Assembly: GCA_049840735.1 (NCBI GenBank)
Contig: JASGJN010000026.1
Span: forward strand, 64,001-128,000
Length of the DNA: 64,000 nucleotides
Source: Anaeromyxobacter sp.
Lineage (GTDB): Bacteria > Myxococcota > Myxococcia > Myxococcales > Anaeromyxobacteraceae
Direction: 5' to 3'
Made by a program: the position numbers and the translations under genes. Positions 46,528 through 55,763 of the stretch are shown piece by piece. The notes under the pieces are model-generated. The model was not told the origin of the DNA. It saw only the letters and a program-made list of their open reading frames with translations, and made no database searches. Every line of letters begins with the position of its first letter. Positions within the stretch are counted from its first letter, which is position 1.

Positions 46528-46617
46528 GCCGCAACCCACCGATACCGCCCGCAGATCCGTGCGCCTGCCTGCCTGATCCCATGAGAAGCGGCCCGGCCGG
46601 TGTAACATCGCCTGGCC

Positions 46618-49600
46618 ATGGCCTCCTTTCACGCTAGGAACGGGGCGGGCGAGCTGCTCGCCCGCTACTCCTTCGTCGAGCCGCTCCTCGAGGGCAAGCG
46701 CGTCCTCGAGGTCGGCGCCGCTGCAGCGACCGAGGGCGCGACGGCGCTCTTCCTCGCTGATCGCGGCGCCGCCGCGGTCCTCTCGATCGACGCCGACGAG
46801 GGCGGGCTGGAGGCCGCGCGCGCGGCCGGCCATCACCCGTTCGTCCAGTTCCTGGCGACCCAGCCGTCCGAGCTCCGGCCGGGCACCTTCGACCTGGTGC
46901 TGGTCGCCGACGGCGCGCCGCTGGCGGCCGATCCGGAGCAGGTGGCGGCGCTGCGGCGGCTGCTCTCGCCGGGCGGGCGGCTGGTGACGGCGCTGCCGGC
47001 GGAGGGCGGCGGGCTGGGCGACCTGGCCGGTGAGCCGCCGGGCGGCGAGGCGCCGGCGTACGAGACCTTCGTGAACGCGCTGGCGGATCACTTCCCGCTG
47101 GTGGAGGTGGCGGCGCAGTCGATGACGGTGGGCTGGGTCTTCGGCCTGCCGTCGGAGGACGAGCCGGAGATCGCCATGGACGGCCAGCTGGCCGGGACGC
47201 CGGAGACGGCGGCCTACGTGGCCATCTGCGGCGAGGAGCCGAGCGGGCTGTCCGGCTTCTCGGTGGTGGCGCTGCCGTCGGGGCCGCTGGTCCAGGCGGC
47301 GCGCGCGCGGGCCGGGCTGCCCGGCGAGGTGGACGTGCTGCGGGCGCAGCTGCGCGAGGCGGAGGCCGCCCGCGCGGTGCAGGAGGAGGCGCTGGCGGAG
47401 CTGCGCGCCCGGGCCGAGGCGGCCGAGGCGGCGCGGGCCGAGGCGCTGGCGGCGGCGGAGCTGGCGACGCGCGATCGCGACGAGGCGCAGGCGGCGCGGG
47501 CGCTGGCGGAGGTGGCGCAGGCCGAGGCGCAGGCGCAGGCGCGCGCCGCCGAGGAGGCCCGCGACCAGGCGGTCGCGGCGCGGGACGAGGCGGGCGCGGA
47601 GCGCGACGACGCCGTCGGCGCGCGCGTGCAGGCGTTCGCGCTGCGCGACCAGGCCGAGGTGGTCCGGCAGGCGGCGGACGAGGCGCGGCTGGAGGCCGAG
47701 GGGCAGCGCGATCGCGCCCAGCAGGCCGCGGCGCTGGAGCGCGAGGAGCGGGACCGGGTCCGCGAGGCGCTGGAGGCGGCCCAGGCCGAGCTGGCCGGGC
47801 TGCGCAACGAGCGCGACACCGCGCTGGCCGAGGTGGCGGCCCGGCGCGGGCAGCTGGAGGCGGCCACGGCCGAGCTGGCGGCGCTGCAGGAGGCGCGGGA
47901 CGAGGTGGCGCGCGAACGCGACCAGGTCCGCGGCGAGCGCGACCAGGCGCAGGCGCGCGAGACCGACGCGCAGCGGTCGCGCGAGGTGGCGCTGGCCGAG
48001 ACGGTGGCGCTGGGCGAGGCGGTCTCCCGGGCCGACGCGGCCGCGGCCGACGCGGCCCGCGAGCGCGACCAGGCCATCGCCGCGCGCGAGGCGGTGTCGG
48101 CCGACCTGGCCGACCTGCACCTGGCGCTGGACGAGGCCCGGCTGGCGCGGTCGGCGCTGGAGTCGCAGCTGGAGCGGATCAGCGCCGACGCCATCGCGCG
48201 GACCGAGCAGCTGCGCACGCTGGAGGTGGCGGCGGCGCGGGTGCCCGAGCTGGAGTCGCAGGCCGGGCGGCTGTCCGAGCTGGAGGGCGCGCTGGCGGCC
48301 ATGACCGGCGAGCGCGACGAGGCGCGCGACTCGCTGGCCCGGGCCGAGGCGGCGCTGCACGAGCGGCGCGCGGACGAGGACGAGGCGGCGGCGGCGCTGC
48401 AGGCGGCCCGCTCCGAGCTGCAGGCGGCGCGCACCGGGCTGGACGCGGCGCTGGACCGGGCCGGCGTGGCCGAGCAGCGCGTGACCGAGCTGGAGGAGGC
48501 GGTGGACGCCGGCGCGGCCGAGGTGAAGCTGCTGCGCGAAGAGCTGGAGCCGGCGCGGGCGCGGCTGGCCGAGCTGGACGCGTCGCTGGCCGCGGCGCGG
48601 GGCAACGCGGCCGAGCTGGAGGCGGCGCTGGCGCGGGCCGGCGAGCGCGAGTCCACGGCCTCGCTGCGGCTGATCGAGCTGGAGGGCACGGCCGGGCGCG
48701 CGGCGGAGCTGGAGGCCGCGGCGTCGCGGGTGGCGGAGCTGGAGGCGGCGGCGTCGATGCGCGCGGCGGAGCTGGAGGCGGCCAACGGGCGCGCGGCCGG
48801 GCTGGAGCAGGCGGCGGCGGCGCGGTCGGCCGAGCTGGAGGCCGCGGCCGGGCGGGCCGCCGAGCTGGAGACGGCGCTGGCGCGCGAGCGCGAGGCGCTG
48901 GCCGGCGCGCAGGCGGCGCTGGAGGCGGCGCGCCGCGAGCTGGACGAGGCGCGCGCGCGGGCCGGGCAGCTGGACGGGCTGCACGCCGAGCTGCAGGACC
49001 ACCGGGCCCGCGCGGTGGAGGGCGAGGGGCTGGCGGCCGAGCTGGAGATCCTGCGGGCGCGGGCCGGCGTGGCCGACGCGCTGGCGGCGGAGCTGGAGGA
49101 GCTGCGCGGCCGCGCGGCCGGGCTGGAGCAGCGCGCCGAGCAGGCCGAGCAGGTGGCGTCCCGCAGCGCCGACCGCGACGCGCTCCGCGACGAGCTGGAG
49201 CGGCTGCGGGCGGCGGTGGCCGAGGAGGACGCGACCCGCTCGGTGGAGCAGGAGACGCTGCGCGCCAAGGCCGACGCGGCCGAGGCGCTGGCGGCGGAGC
49301 TGGAGGCGCTGCGCGGGCGGGTGGCCGACTCGGCCGGCCTGTCCGGCGAGGTGGAGGCGCTCCGGGCCGAGGCGGCCGCGGCGGCGCAGCTGCGGGCCGA
49401 GGTGGCCGCGCTCAGGGCGCGCGGCCCGGTCCCGGTGAACAACGACGAGCTGGCCGCCGAGCTGGAGCTGCTGCGGGCCAAGTCCGAGCTGGCCGAGCAG
49501 CTCTCGGCCGACCTGGCCGCCTCCGAGGGGGCGCGGCGCGCCGCCGAGGAGAAGCTGGGCGAGCTGAAGGACGCGGCGGACAAGAAGGTGTCCGAGGCGC

Positions 49601-50502
49601 GGCGCGCGGCCTACGACGCGGCCGGCGCCGCGGCGTCGGCGCGCAAGGACCAGGAGGCGCTGCGGACCGAGCTGGCCGAGGTGAGCCTGGCCCGCGAGAC
49701 GCTGGAGGCGCAGGTGGCCGAGGCGGGCGCGCGGCTGGAGGCGGAGGGCGAGCGGCTGCGGGCCGCGGAGGCGGAGCTGGCGGCGCTCAAGGCGCAGGCG
49801 GCGGCCGCGCCGGTCGAGTCCGTCGAGCTGGTCGCGTCGGTGGCGGACGGCGAGGACCTGGAGCTGGCGCGCGCCGAGGCGGCGCGGCTGCGGGCCGAGG
49901 TGGAGCACTACGCCCGGGCCCGCGCGGCCCTGGAGACCGAGGTCTCGGCGGCGAAGAACGCGGCCGAGGCGGCCGAGGCGCAGGTGGCCGAGTTCGCCGC
50001 CGAGCTGCAGGCGGCGCGCTGGGAGCGCGAGGAGCTGGAGGGCCGGCTGCAGGGGCCGGCCGCGCCGGCGGGCGCGGCGGGCGAGCTGGCCCGGGCGCGC
50101 GACGAGCTGGCGGCCAAGGCCGCCGAGGTGGCGCTGCAGAAGCGCGAGCTGGCGCAGCTGCAGGCGGTGGTGGCGGAGCTGAACGCCCGCGGCCCGGCCG
50201 CCGACGCCGGCCCCGACCTGCGCACCGCCGAGCTGGAGGCGCAGCTCTCCGAGGCGCTGCGCCGGGCCGCCGACGCCGAGGCGGCCGCCGCGGCCCGGGT
50301 GGCCGCGCCGGGCGCCGACACCGCCGAGTCGCTGCACCGGGCCACCCAGGAGCGCGACAGCTACGCCGCGCAGGTGGCCGAGCGCGACGGGAAGATCGCC
50401 CGCCTGCAGCGCGAGGTGGCCGACAAGACCGAGCGCCTGGGGCGGCTGGCCAAGGAGATGGGCGAGCTGAAGGCCAAGGGGCTGGGGAAGATCTTCAGGT
50501 AG
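46618..50502 (+). CDS. Methyltransferase-like N-terminal domain fused to a very long coiled coil (1294 aa)
   Basis: LARYSF..LEGKRVLEVG, FDLVLV, RRLLSPGGRLV class I methyltransferase-like motifs, then about 1000 aa of A/E/R/L heptads. Confidence 0.82.
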   Translation: MASFHARNGAGELLARYSFVEPLLEGKRVLEVGAAAATEGATALFLADRGAAAVLSIDADEGGLEAARAAGHHPFVQFLATQPSELRPGTFDLVLVADGAPLAADPEQVAALRRLLSPGGRLVTALPAEGGGLGDLAGEPPGGEAPAYETFVNALADHFPLVEVAAQSMTVGWVFGLPSEDEPEIAMDGQLAGTPETAAYVAICGEEPSGLSGFSVVALPSGPLVQAARARAGLPGEVDVLRAQLREAEAARAVQEEALAELRARAEAAEAARAEALAAAELATRDRDEAQAARALAEVAQAEAQAQARAAEEARDQAVAARDEAGAERDDAVGARVQAFALRDQAEVVRQAADEARLEAEGQRDRAQQAAALEREERDRVREALEAAQAELAGLRNERDTALAEVAARRGQLEAATAELAALQEARDEVARERDQVRGERDQAQARETDAQRSREVALAETVALGEAVSRADAAAADAARERDQAIAAREAVSADLADLHLALDEARLARSALESQLERISADAIARTEQLRTLEVAAARVPELESQAGRLSELEGALAAMTGERDEARDSLARAEAALHERRADEDEAAAALQAARSELQAARTGLDAALDRAGVAEQRVTELEEAVDAGAAEVKLLREELEPARARLAELDASLAAARGNAAELEAALARAGERESTASLRLIELEGTAGRAAELEAAASRVAELEAAASMRAAELEAANGRAAGLEQAAAARSAELEAAAGRAAELETALAREREALAGAQAALEAARRELDEARARAGQLDGLHAELQDHRARAVEGEGLAAELEILRARAGVADALAAELEELRGRAAGLEQRAEQAEQVASRSADRDALRDELERLRAAVAEEDATRSVEQETLRAKADAAEALAAELEALRGRVADSAGLSGEVEALRAEAAAAAQLRAEVAALRARGPVPVNNDELAAELELLRAKSELAEQLSADLAASEGARRAAEEKLGELKDAADKKVSEARRAAYDAAGAAASARKDQEALRTELAEVSLARETLEAQVAEAGARLEAEGERLRAAEAELAALKAQAAAAPVESVELVASVADGEDLELARAEAARLRAEVEHYARARAALETEVSAAKNAAEAAEAQVAEFAAELQAARWEREELEGRLQGPAAPAGAAGELARARDELAAKAAEVALQKRELAQLQAVVAELNARGPAADAGPDLRTAELEAQLSEALRRAADAEAAAAARVAAPGADTAESLHRATQERDSYAAQVAERDGKIARLQREVADKTERLGRLAKEMGELKAKGLGKIFR

Positions 50503-50546
50503 CGGCGCGGCGATCCCCGGGGGACCTGGCCACGCGCCAAGGGCCT

Positions 50547-50700
50547 GGGCTTCGACTCCGCGAGCCCTGCGGGCTCGCTACGCTCAGCCCGAACGGTGGC
50601 GGCCCCCGTTCGTGCTGATGGTCCTGGACGCACCGGCACGGACACGGGATCAGTTCGGCCTGAGCGTAGCGCCCGCGCAGCTGGCGCGGAGTCGAAGGAC
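50547..50700. repeat. REP pair: reverse 50547-50596 and forward 50651-50700 (empty IS1111 target)
   Basis: Consensus matches. Confidence 0.88.
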
Positions 50701-50818
50701 AGGCGTCCAGCGGTCTTCGCGCCCCGGCCCCTGTGCGCGCAGGGATCACACCGGCCCGCCCCGCCTCCGCACGCGGTCCTTTCGCCGGCCCCGACGTTCG
50801 GTGCTATCGTTGCCGACC

Positions 50819-51394
50819 GTGAGCGACAGCGACAACCGGCGGTACGAGCGGATCGAGATCGAGCTTCCCTGCCGCCTGTTCATCCCCGGGCGCGAGGGGC
50901 TCCAGTTCGAGGCGTTCTGCACTTCGCGGAACCTCGGGCTGGGCGGGGCCTTCGTGGCCGCCACCTTCCTGCTGCGCGAGGGGCTGGAGCTGTTCATCGA
51001 GCTGGGCCTGCCGGAGGGGCCGCTCTCCATCCGCTCCCGCGTCGCGCACTCGGTCGATCTCGACGACGCCGAGTTCACCACCGGCATGGGGATCGAGTTC
51101 CTGGACGTCGACGCCCACGGGCGCGAGACGCTGCTCAGGTACTTCACCCCGTCCCGCTACCTGTCCTTCTACGAGGGCTTCGTGGAGGAGTTCCCGCACC
51201 TCCGCAAGACGGTGCCCATGCGCGACGTGGCGCTGGTGCTGAACCTCTGGGAGGAGTGGAAGATCCGGCAGGAGGGCGGCCCGGCCTCGACGGCCTCGGG
51301 CGCGCCGCCCGCGCCGCCGCTCCACCCCGGCGGGCGTCCGGCCGCGCAGGGCGCCCTGCCCGGCCCTGCACGGCAGAACGGCCGCAAGCGCTGA
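50819..51394 (+). CDS. PilZ domain protein
   Basis: RRYER (RxxxR), NLGLGGAF (D/NxSxxG-like) and GMGIEF motifs. Confidence 0.82.
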   Translation: MSDSDNRRYERIEIELPCRLFIPGREGLQFEAFCTSRNLGLGGAFVAATFLLREGLELFIELGLPEGPLSIRSRVAHSVDLDDAEFTTGMGIEFLDVDAHGRETLLRYFTPSRYLSFYEGFVEEFPHLRKTVPMRDVALVLNLWEEWKIRQEGGPASTASGAPPAPPLHPGGRPAAQGALPGPARQNGRKR

Positions 51395-51484
51395 CCGCTG
51401 AGCTGCCCCGGCCGCGACGGCGGTCGGGGCACCCTGACCATGCGCTCGCGTGCGCGCCCGCCCGGCGCCGGTTAGGGCAGTGGC

Positions 51485-51880
51485 GTGCCCGACCCGCGTC
51501 CGCCCTCCCTCGGCCTGCGCCACGCCGCGCTCCGCGTCCGCGACCTCGCCGCTGCGGAGGCCTTCTTCACGGGGCCGCTCGGCTACCGCGTGGAGTGGCG
51601 TCCGGACCCGGACAACGTCTACCTGATCCGCGACGCGGACAACCTGGCGCTGCACCGCGTCGACGCGGCGGACGGCCCGGGGCTGCTCGATCACCTCGGG
51701 CTGCTGGTGGCGAAGGCGGAGGACGTGGACGCCTGGGAGCGCCACCTGGACGCGGCGGGCGCCCGCGTCGTCGCCCGGGCCAGGACGCACCGCGACGGCG
51801 CCCGCTCGCTCTACGTGGAGGGGCCGGAGAAGATCGTCGTCCAGATCCTCCATCACCCGAAGGCGCTCGGGGGCGCCTGA
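51485..51880 (+). CDS. VOC/glyoxalase family protein
   Basis: LRHAALRVRDL..FFTGPLG, LDHLG and RSLYVEGPE pattern. Confidence 0.85.
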   Translation: MPDPRPPSLGLRHAALRVRDLAAAEAFFTGPLGYRVEWRPDPDNVYLIRDADNLALHRVDAADGPGLLDHLGLLVAKAEDVDAWERHLDAAGARVVARARTHRDGARSLYVEGPEKIVVQILHHPKALGGA

Positions 51881-51954
51881 TCGCCCACGCCCCGGTCGCT
51901 CGTCAGGGCAAACGATTGCCGGGGGCCCCGACCGGCGCTACCGTCCACGCCCAA

Positions 51955-54135
51955 ATGAAGCGCGTCCGCGTCGCCCTCCTGTGGCACATGCACCAGCCCC
52001 TCTACCGCGAGCCGGAGACGGGCGAGTACCTCATGCCCTGGGTCCGGCTGCACGCGACGCGCGCGTACAACGACATGGCGTGGATCCTGGAGCGCCACCC
52101 CGGCGTCCGCTGCACGGTCAACTTCGTGCCGGTGCTGCTGGAGCAGCTCGATGACTACGTGGAGGGGCGGGCCCGCGACCGGTTCCTGGACCTGACCGCG
52201 CGCCCGCCGGGCGACCTCACCGCCGAGGAGCGCCAGACCATCCTGCGGTCGTTCTTCATGGTGGGCTGGGAGACCAACATCCAGCCGCTGCCGCGCTACT
52301 GGGAGCTGCTCCAGAAGCGCGGCCGGGACCTGCGCCACGTGGACCTGGCCAAGCTGGCCCAGGGCTTCGGCGACCAGGAGCTCACCGACCTCCAGGTGCT
52401 CTTCAACCTGGCGTGGATGGGCTTCGGCGCGCTGGCTGACGAGCCGGCGCTGCGCGCGCTGCGGGAGAAGGGGCGGGACTTCACCCGCGCCGACGTGGCC
52501 ACGCTGCTCTCCGCCCAGTCGAGCATCGTGGCGGGGATCATCCCGCGCTGGCGGCGGCTGCAGGAGCGCGGGCAGGTGGAGCTCTCCTCCACGCCCTACT
52601 ACCACCCCATCCTCCCGCTGGTCTGCGACACCGACGCGGCCCGCCGCGCCATGCCGGGCGCGCACCTGCCGCCGCGCTTCGTCCACCCCGAGGACGCGCG
52701 CTGGCACGTCCGCGAGGCCGTGGCCACGCACGCCCGCCGCTTCGGCGCGCCGCCCGCCGGCATGTGGCCGGCGGAGGGCTCGGTCTCGCCCGAGGCGGTG
52801 GAGGTGCTGGCCAGCGAGGGCGTGCGCTGGGCGGCGAGCGACGAGGGCGTGCTGCTCCAGTCGCTGGGGCCGGGCGCCTCGCGGCTGCGCTCGCTCTACC
52901 GCCCCTGGCGCGTGACCGCCGGGCCGGGGCGCGAGCTGGCCATGCTCTTCCGCGACCGCTCGCTCTCCGACGTGATCGGCTTCACCTACTCGAAGGTGGC
53001 CGCCAAGCACGCCGTGCAGGACTTCATCGCCCATCTGCAGGGCGTGGGCGAGGCCTGGCAGCACGAGGGGCAGCCCGGCCCGGCCACCGTGGGCGTGTTC
53101 CTCGACGGCGAGAACGCCTGGGAGCACTACCCGAACTCCGGCCACGAGTTCCTGGACCGGTTCTACGGCGCGCTGGAGTCGCACCAGGACCTCCAGACGG
53201 TGACGCTCTCCGAGGCCACCGCCGACGCGCCCGGGCCGGTCATCCCGCGCATCCACTCCGGCTCCTGGATCGAGGCCAACTACCGGATCTGGATGGGCCA
53301 CGCCGAGGACCGGCAGGCCTGGGCCGCGCTGGGCAAGGCGCGCGAGATCGTGGCGCAGGCCGAGGCGGCCGGGACGGTGCCGGCGGAGCGGCTGGAGCGG
53401 GCCCGCCGCCACCTGTACGCGGCCGAGGGCTCGGACTGGTACTGGTGGTACGGCGAGGACTTCACCACCGAGCTGGCGGCGGAGTTCGACGGCCTCTTCC
53501 GCAACCACGTGATCCGGGCCGCGCTGCTGTGCGGCGCCCACCCGCCGCCCGAGGCGCTCACGCCCATCAAGCGCGCCGGCGGCGCCTCCGCCACCGGCCT
53601 CGAGGCGAAGCCGCTGCGCGAGCCGACGCTCCTGCTCACGCCGGAGCTGGACGGCAGGGAGACCACCTACTTCGAGTGGCAGGGCAGCGGCCTCTACCGC
53701 CCCGGCCAGCACCGCGGCTCGATGTTCGGCGGCGCGCAGGCCTTCCACGTGCTGCGCTACGGCTTCGACCTGGACGCGCTCTACGTCCGCCTCGACCCCG
53801 CCGAGTCGCCGGCCCGCTCGGCCGAGGTGGCCACGCACCTGCGCCTCACCTTCATGCTGCCGGACCGCCAGGCCTGGCTCGACTTCCCCATCCTGCCCGA
53901 CGGCCAGCGCCACGCCGGCCAGCTGCAGGGCAAGGCCGCCGGCCAGATCGCCTTCGCGCAGGTGGTCGAGCTGGCCGTCCCGTTCCGCGCCCTGGACCTC
54001 CCGCCCGGCCTGCAGGTGGCGGTGAGCGTGACCGCGCTCCGCAACGAGGTCGAGGTGGAGCGGCTGCCGCGCTACGGCTTCCTGCACTTCACCGTGCCGG
54101 ACGCCGACTTCGAGCGGGTGAACTGGCGGGTGTAG
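51955..54135 (+). CDS. Glycoside hydrolase family 57 (amylopullulanase-like)
   Basis: LWHMHQP, TPYYHPILPL, GMWPAEG, LDGENAWE and AEGSDWYWW conserved GH57 regions. Confidence 0.93.
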   Translation: MKRVRVALLWHMHQPLYREPETGEYLMPWVRLHATRAYNDMAWILERHPGVRCTVNFVPVLLEQLDDYVEGRARDRFLDLTARPPGDLTAEERQTILRSFFMVGWETNIQPLPRYWELLQKRGRDLRHVDLAKLAQGFGDQELTDLQVLFNLAWMGFGALADEPALRALREKGRDFTRADVATLLSAQSSIVAGIIPRWRRLQERGQVELSSTPYYHPILPLVCDTDAARRAMPGAHLPPRFVHPEDARWHVREAVATHARRFGAPPAGMWPAEGSVSPEAVEVLASEGVRWAASDEGVLLQSLGPGASRLRSLYRPWRVTAGPGRELAMLFRDRSLSDVIGFTYSKVAAKHAVQDFIAHLQGVGEAWQHEGQPGPATVGVFLDGENAWEHYPNSGHEFLDRFYGALESHQDLQTVTLSEATADAPGPVIPRIHSGSWIEANYRIWMGHAEDRQAWAALGKAREIVAQAEAAGTVPAERLERARRHLYAAEGSDWYWWYGEDFTTELAAEFDGLFRNHVIRAALLCGAHPPPEALTPIKRAGGASATGLEAKPLREPTLLLTPELDGRETTYFEWQGSGLYRPGQHRGSMFGGAQAFHVLRYGFDLDALYVRLDPAESPARSAEVATHLRLTFMLPDRQAWLDFPILPDGQRHAGQLQGKAAGQIAFAQVVELAVPFRALDLPPGLQVAVSVTALRNEVEVERLPRYGFLHFTVPDADFERVNWRV

Positions 54136-54199
54136 CGGCGTTCTCCCGCTGAGCCGTGCTCCGGATCCGTTCGGCCTTCTATGAAGCGGCGTCCCCGGT

Positions 54200-54485
54200 C
54201 AAGGGCCGGTGATGTCGTTTGTCCTGAAGCCTGGGCGGCGCTGGTTGGCCATCGGTCAGGGAGTCAGGCGAACGCGAGTTCCATCAGCCTTCTATTCGCG
54301 CTCAACAGGGGCGGCAGTGCCGCCGGCGCAGTGGGGGATTCGAGCAGGGGGCGCCATCTGAGCGACGGCCGTTCCTGGTGACCGGCCAAGGCCGAACTCG
54401 CGCTCACCCTGTCTCGAAACCCGCTTTCGCCTCACTCCCGGATCTCCGGCCCGGCGTCCGCCCGACTGGGTCCGATTTCGGTCGT
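54200..54485 (-). ncRNA. Predicted seekRNA/bridge RNA of the IS1111 element (ends approximate; target-binding loop 54339-54418)
   Basis: Stem-closed internal loop with guides GUUCGGCCUU (54397-54388) and CGCUCAGAUGG (54364-54354) matching the insertion site; IS-end matches at 54279-54295. Confidence 0.85.
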
Positions 54486-55525
54486 CTAGGCCATCGCGTT
54501 TCCCCTGCAGGTGCGGCTGCCGTCGAAGTCCTTCCCGTCCCTCATCATCGCGAACAGGATTCCGGAGAGTTTGCGCGCCAGCGCCACGACGGCGACTGCG
54601 CGTCCCCTCCGCCGGTGGATCTTCCCCGCCCATTCGCGCAGCGGTAGCGACTCTGCGCTCTTGCTGCGCAAGACGCAGTGCGCGGCCTGGACGAGAAGCC
54701 AGCGCACCCTGGCGTTGCCGGTCTTGGTGATCCGCCCCTTGCGCTGTTTCTCGCCCGAGCTCAGCTCGCTAGGGACCAGGCCGCAGTAGGCGGACACCTG
54801 CTGGGCACTCTGGAAGCGCTTGGGATCATCGATGACGACGTCGTATGCGATGGCCGTCACGATGCCCACGCCTGGCGCCGTCGTGAGCCTCCGTACCACT
54901 GCGCTGTCGCGGGCGATGGCCTCGAGGTCAGCGTCGGCCTTGGCGATCCGGGCGTTCAGCGTGTCGAACATCAGCAGCAACGGCTCGATCTCGTCGCGGA
55001 CCTCGTCCGGCAGGGCCCATCTCATCTCCCAACACCACCCGCGCGAAGTGCTCGGCTTCGCAGCTCGGGGCCCGTAGCCCGTGGCTCCGCAAGGACGTCC
55101 GGGTCACCGTGATGAACCGCGACCTGGTGCGGACCAGCGTGTCTCTCACCGACAGGCGGACAGCGACCGTCCGCCGGGATTCCGACCTCCGGTGGGCCGC
55201 TCGGTAGGTCCCTGAACGGCAAGCCTCGGCCAGCGCTCGGGCATCTCGCCGATCTGGTCTTTACCCGCCTCGTCCGCGTCCCGTACATCGGCGCGTAGTT
55301 CGGGTCGGCCACGATCACTTCGTGCCCGAGCGATTCGATGTGCCGCGCCACCCATTCGCTTTCCGTGGAGGCCTCCAGCAGGAGCTTGGCCCGCGGCCTG
55401 TTCGCGAGCACCTCGGCGAACCGGTCGGCCCGGGTGGGGATCCGCACCTCCAGAACCCCGCCCTCCGCGTTCAGGATGCAAAGCTGGCTGTCCTTCTTGT
55501 GCAGGTCGATGCCAATATGGTCCAC
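54486..55525 (-). CDS. IS110/IS1111 DEDD (RuvC-like) recombinase (apparent +1 frameshifts near 55255 and 55020-55030)
   Basis: IGIDLHK, LLEAST, restored KTDRRDA, APGVG, AYCGLVP.ELSSG, ITKTGN and AVVALARKL motifs across three frames. Confidence 0.93.
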
Positions 55526-55614
55526 GGCTGGTCTCCACTCTCTGCGGCTCTGACCGCGTTGTGGGGCATTCGTGCCACCACCCCGAGGTGGAGGCCAGCC
55601 GCTTCATTCCATCT

Positions 55615-55653
55615 GAGCGTAGCGAGCCCGCAGGGCTCGCGGAGTCGAAGGCC
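55615..55653 (+). repeat. Right part of the REP interrupted by the IS (left part at 54167-54177)
   Basis: gagcgtagcgagcccgcagggctcgcggagtcgaaggcc, nearly identical to 37981-38019. Confidence 0.92.
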
Positions 55654-55763
55654 AGGGGTTCACTTCCAGGCACCTCCTCCCGATCTTGCTGGATCTGGCA
55701 AACCGGTTGGCTATACAAACTGAACCGAGGGTAGGGCCCGACTGGACCGGGCCGGGGGGACGC

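Larger units (their letters stand above)
54178..55614 (-). mobile_element. IS110-superfamily element, IS1111 subgroup, 1437 bp, inserted in a REP at the CT core
   Basis: Flanks rejoin to ccgttcggc-CT-gagcgtagcgagcccgcagggctcgcggagtcgaaggcc. CT occurs at both junctions (54176-54177 and 55613-55614). Subterminal 10-bp inverted repeats ATGAAGCGGC (54181-54190) and GCCGCTTCAT (55598-55607) lie 3 and 7 nt from the ends. A non-coding region of about 300 bp lies downstream of the transposase. Confidence 0.95.

Noticed and set aside
45274..50337. 1687-aa minus-strand ORF and similar long shadow ORFs elsewhere
   Set aside because: Antisense to well-supported genes; stop codons are rare at this GC content and no motifs are recognisable.
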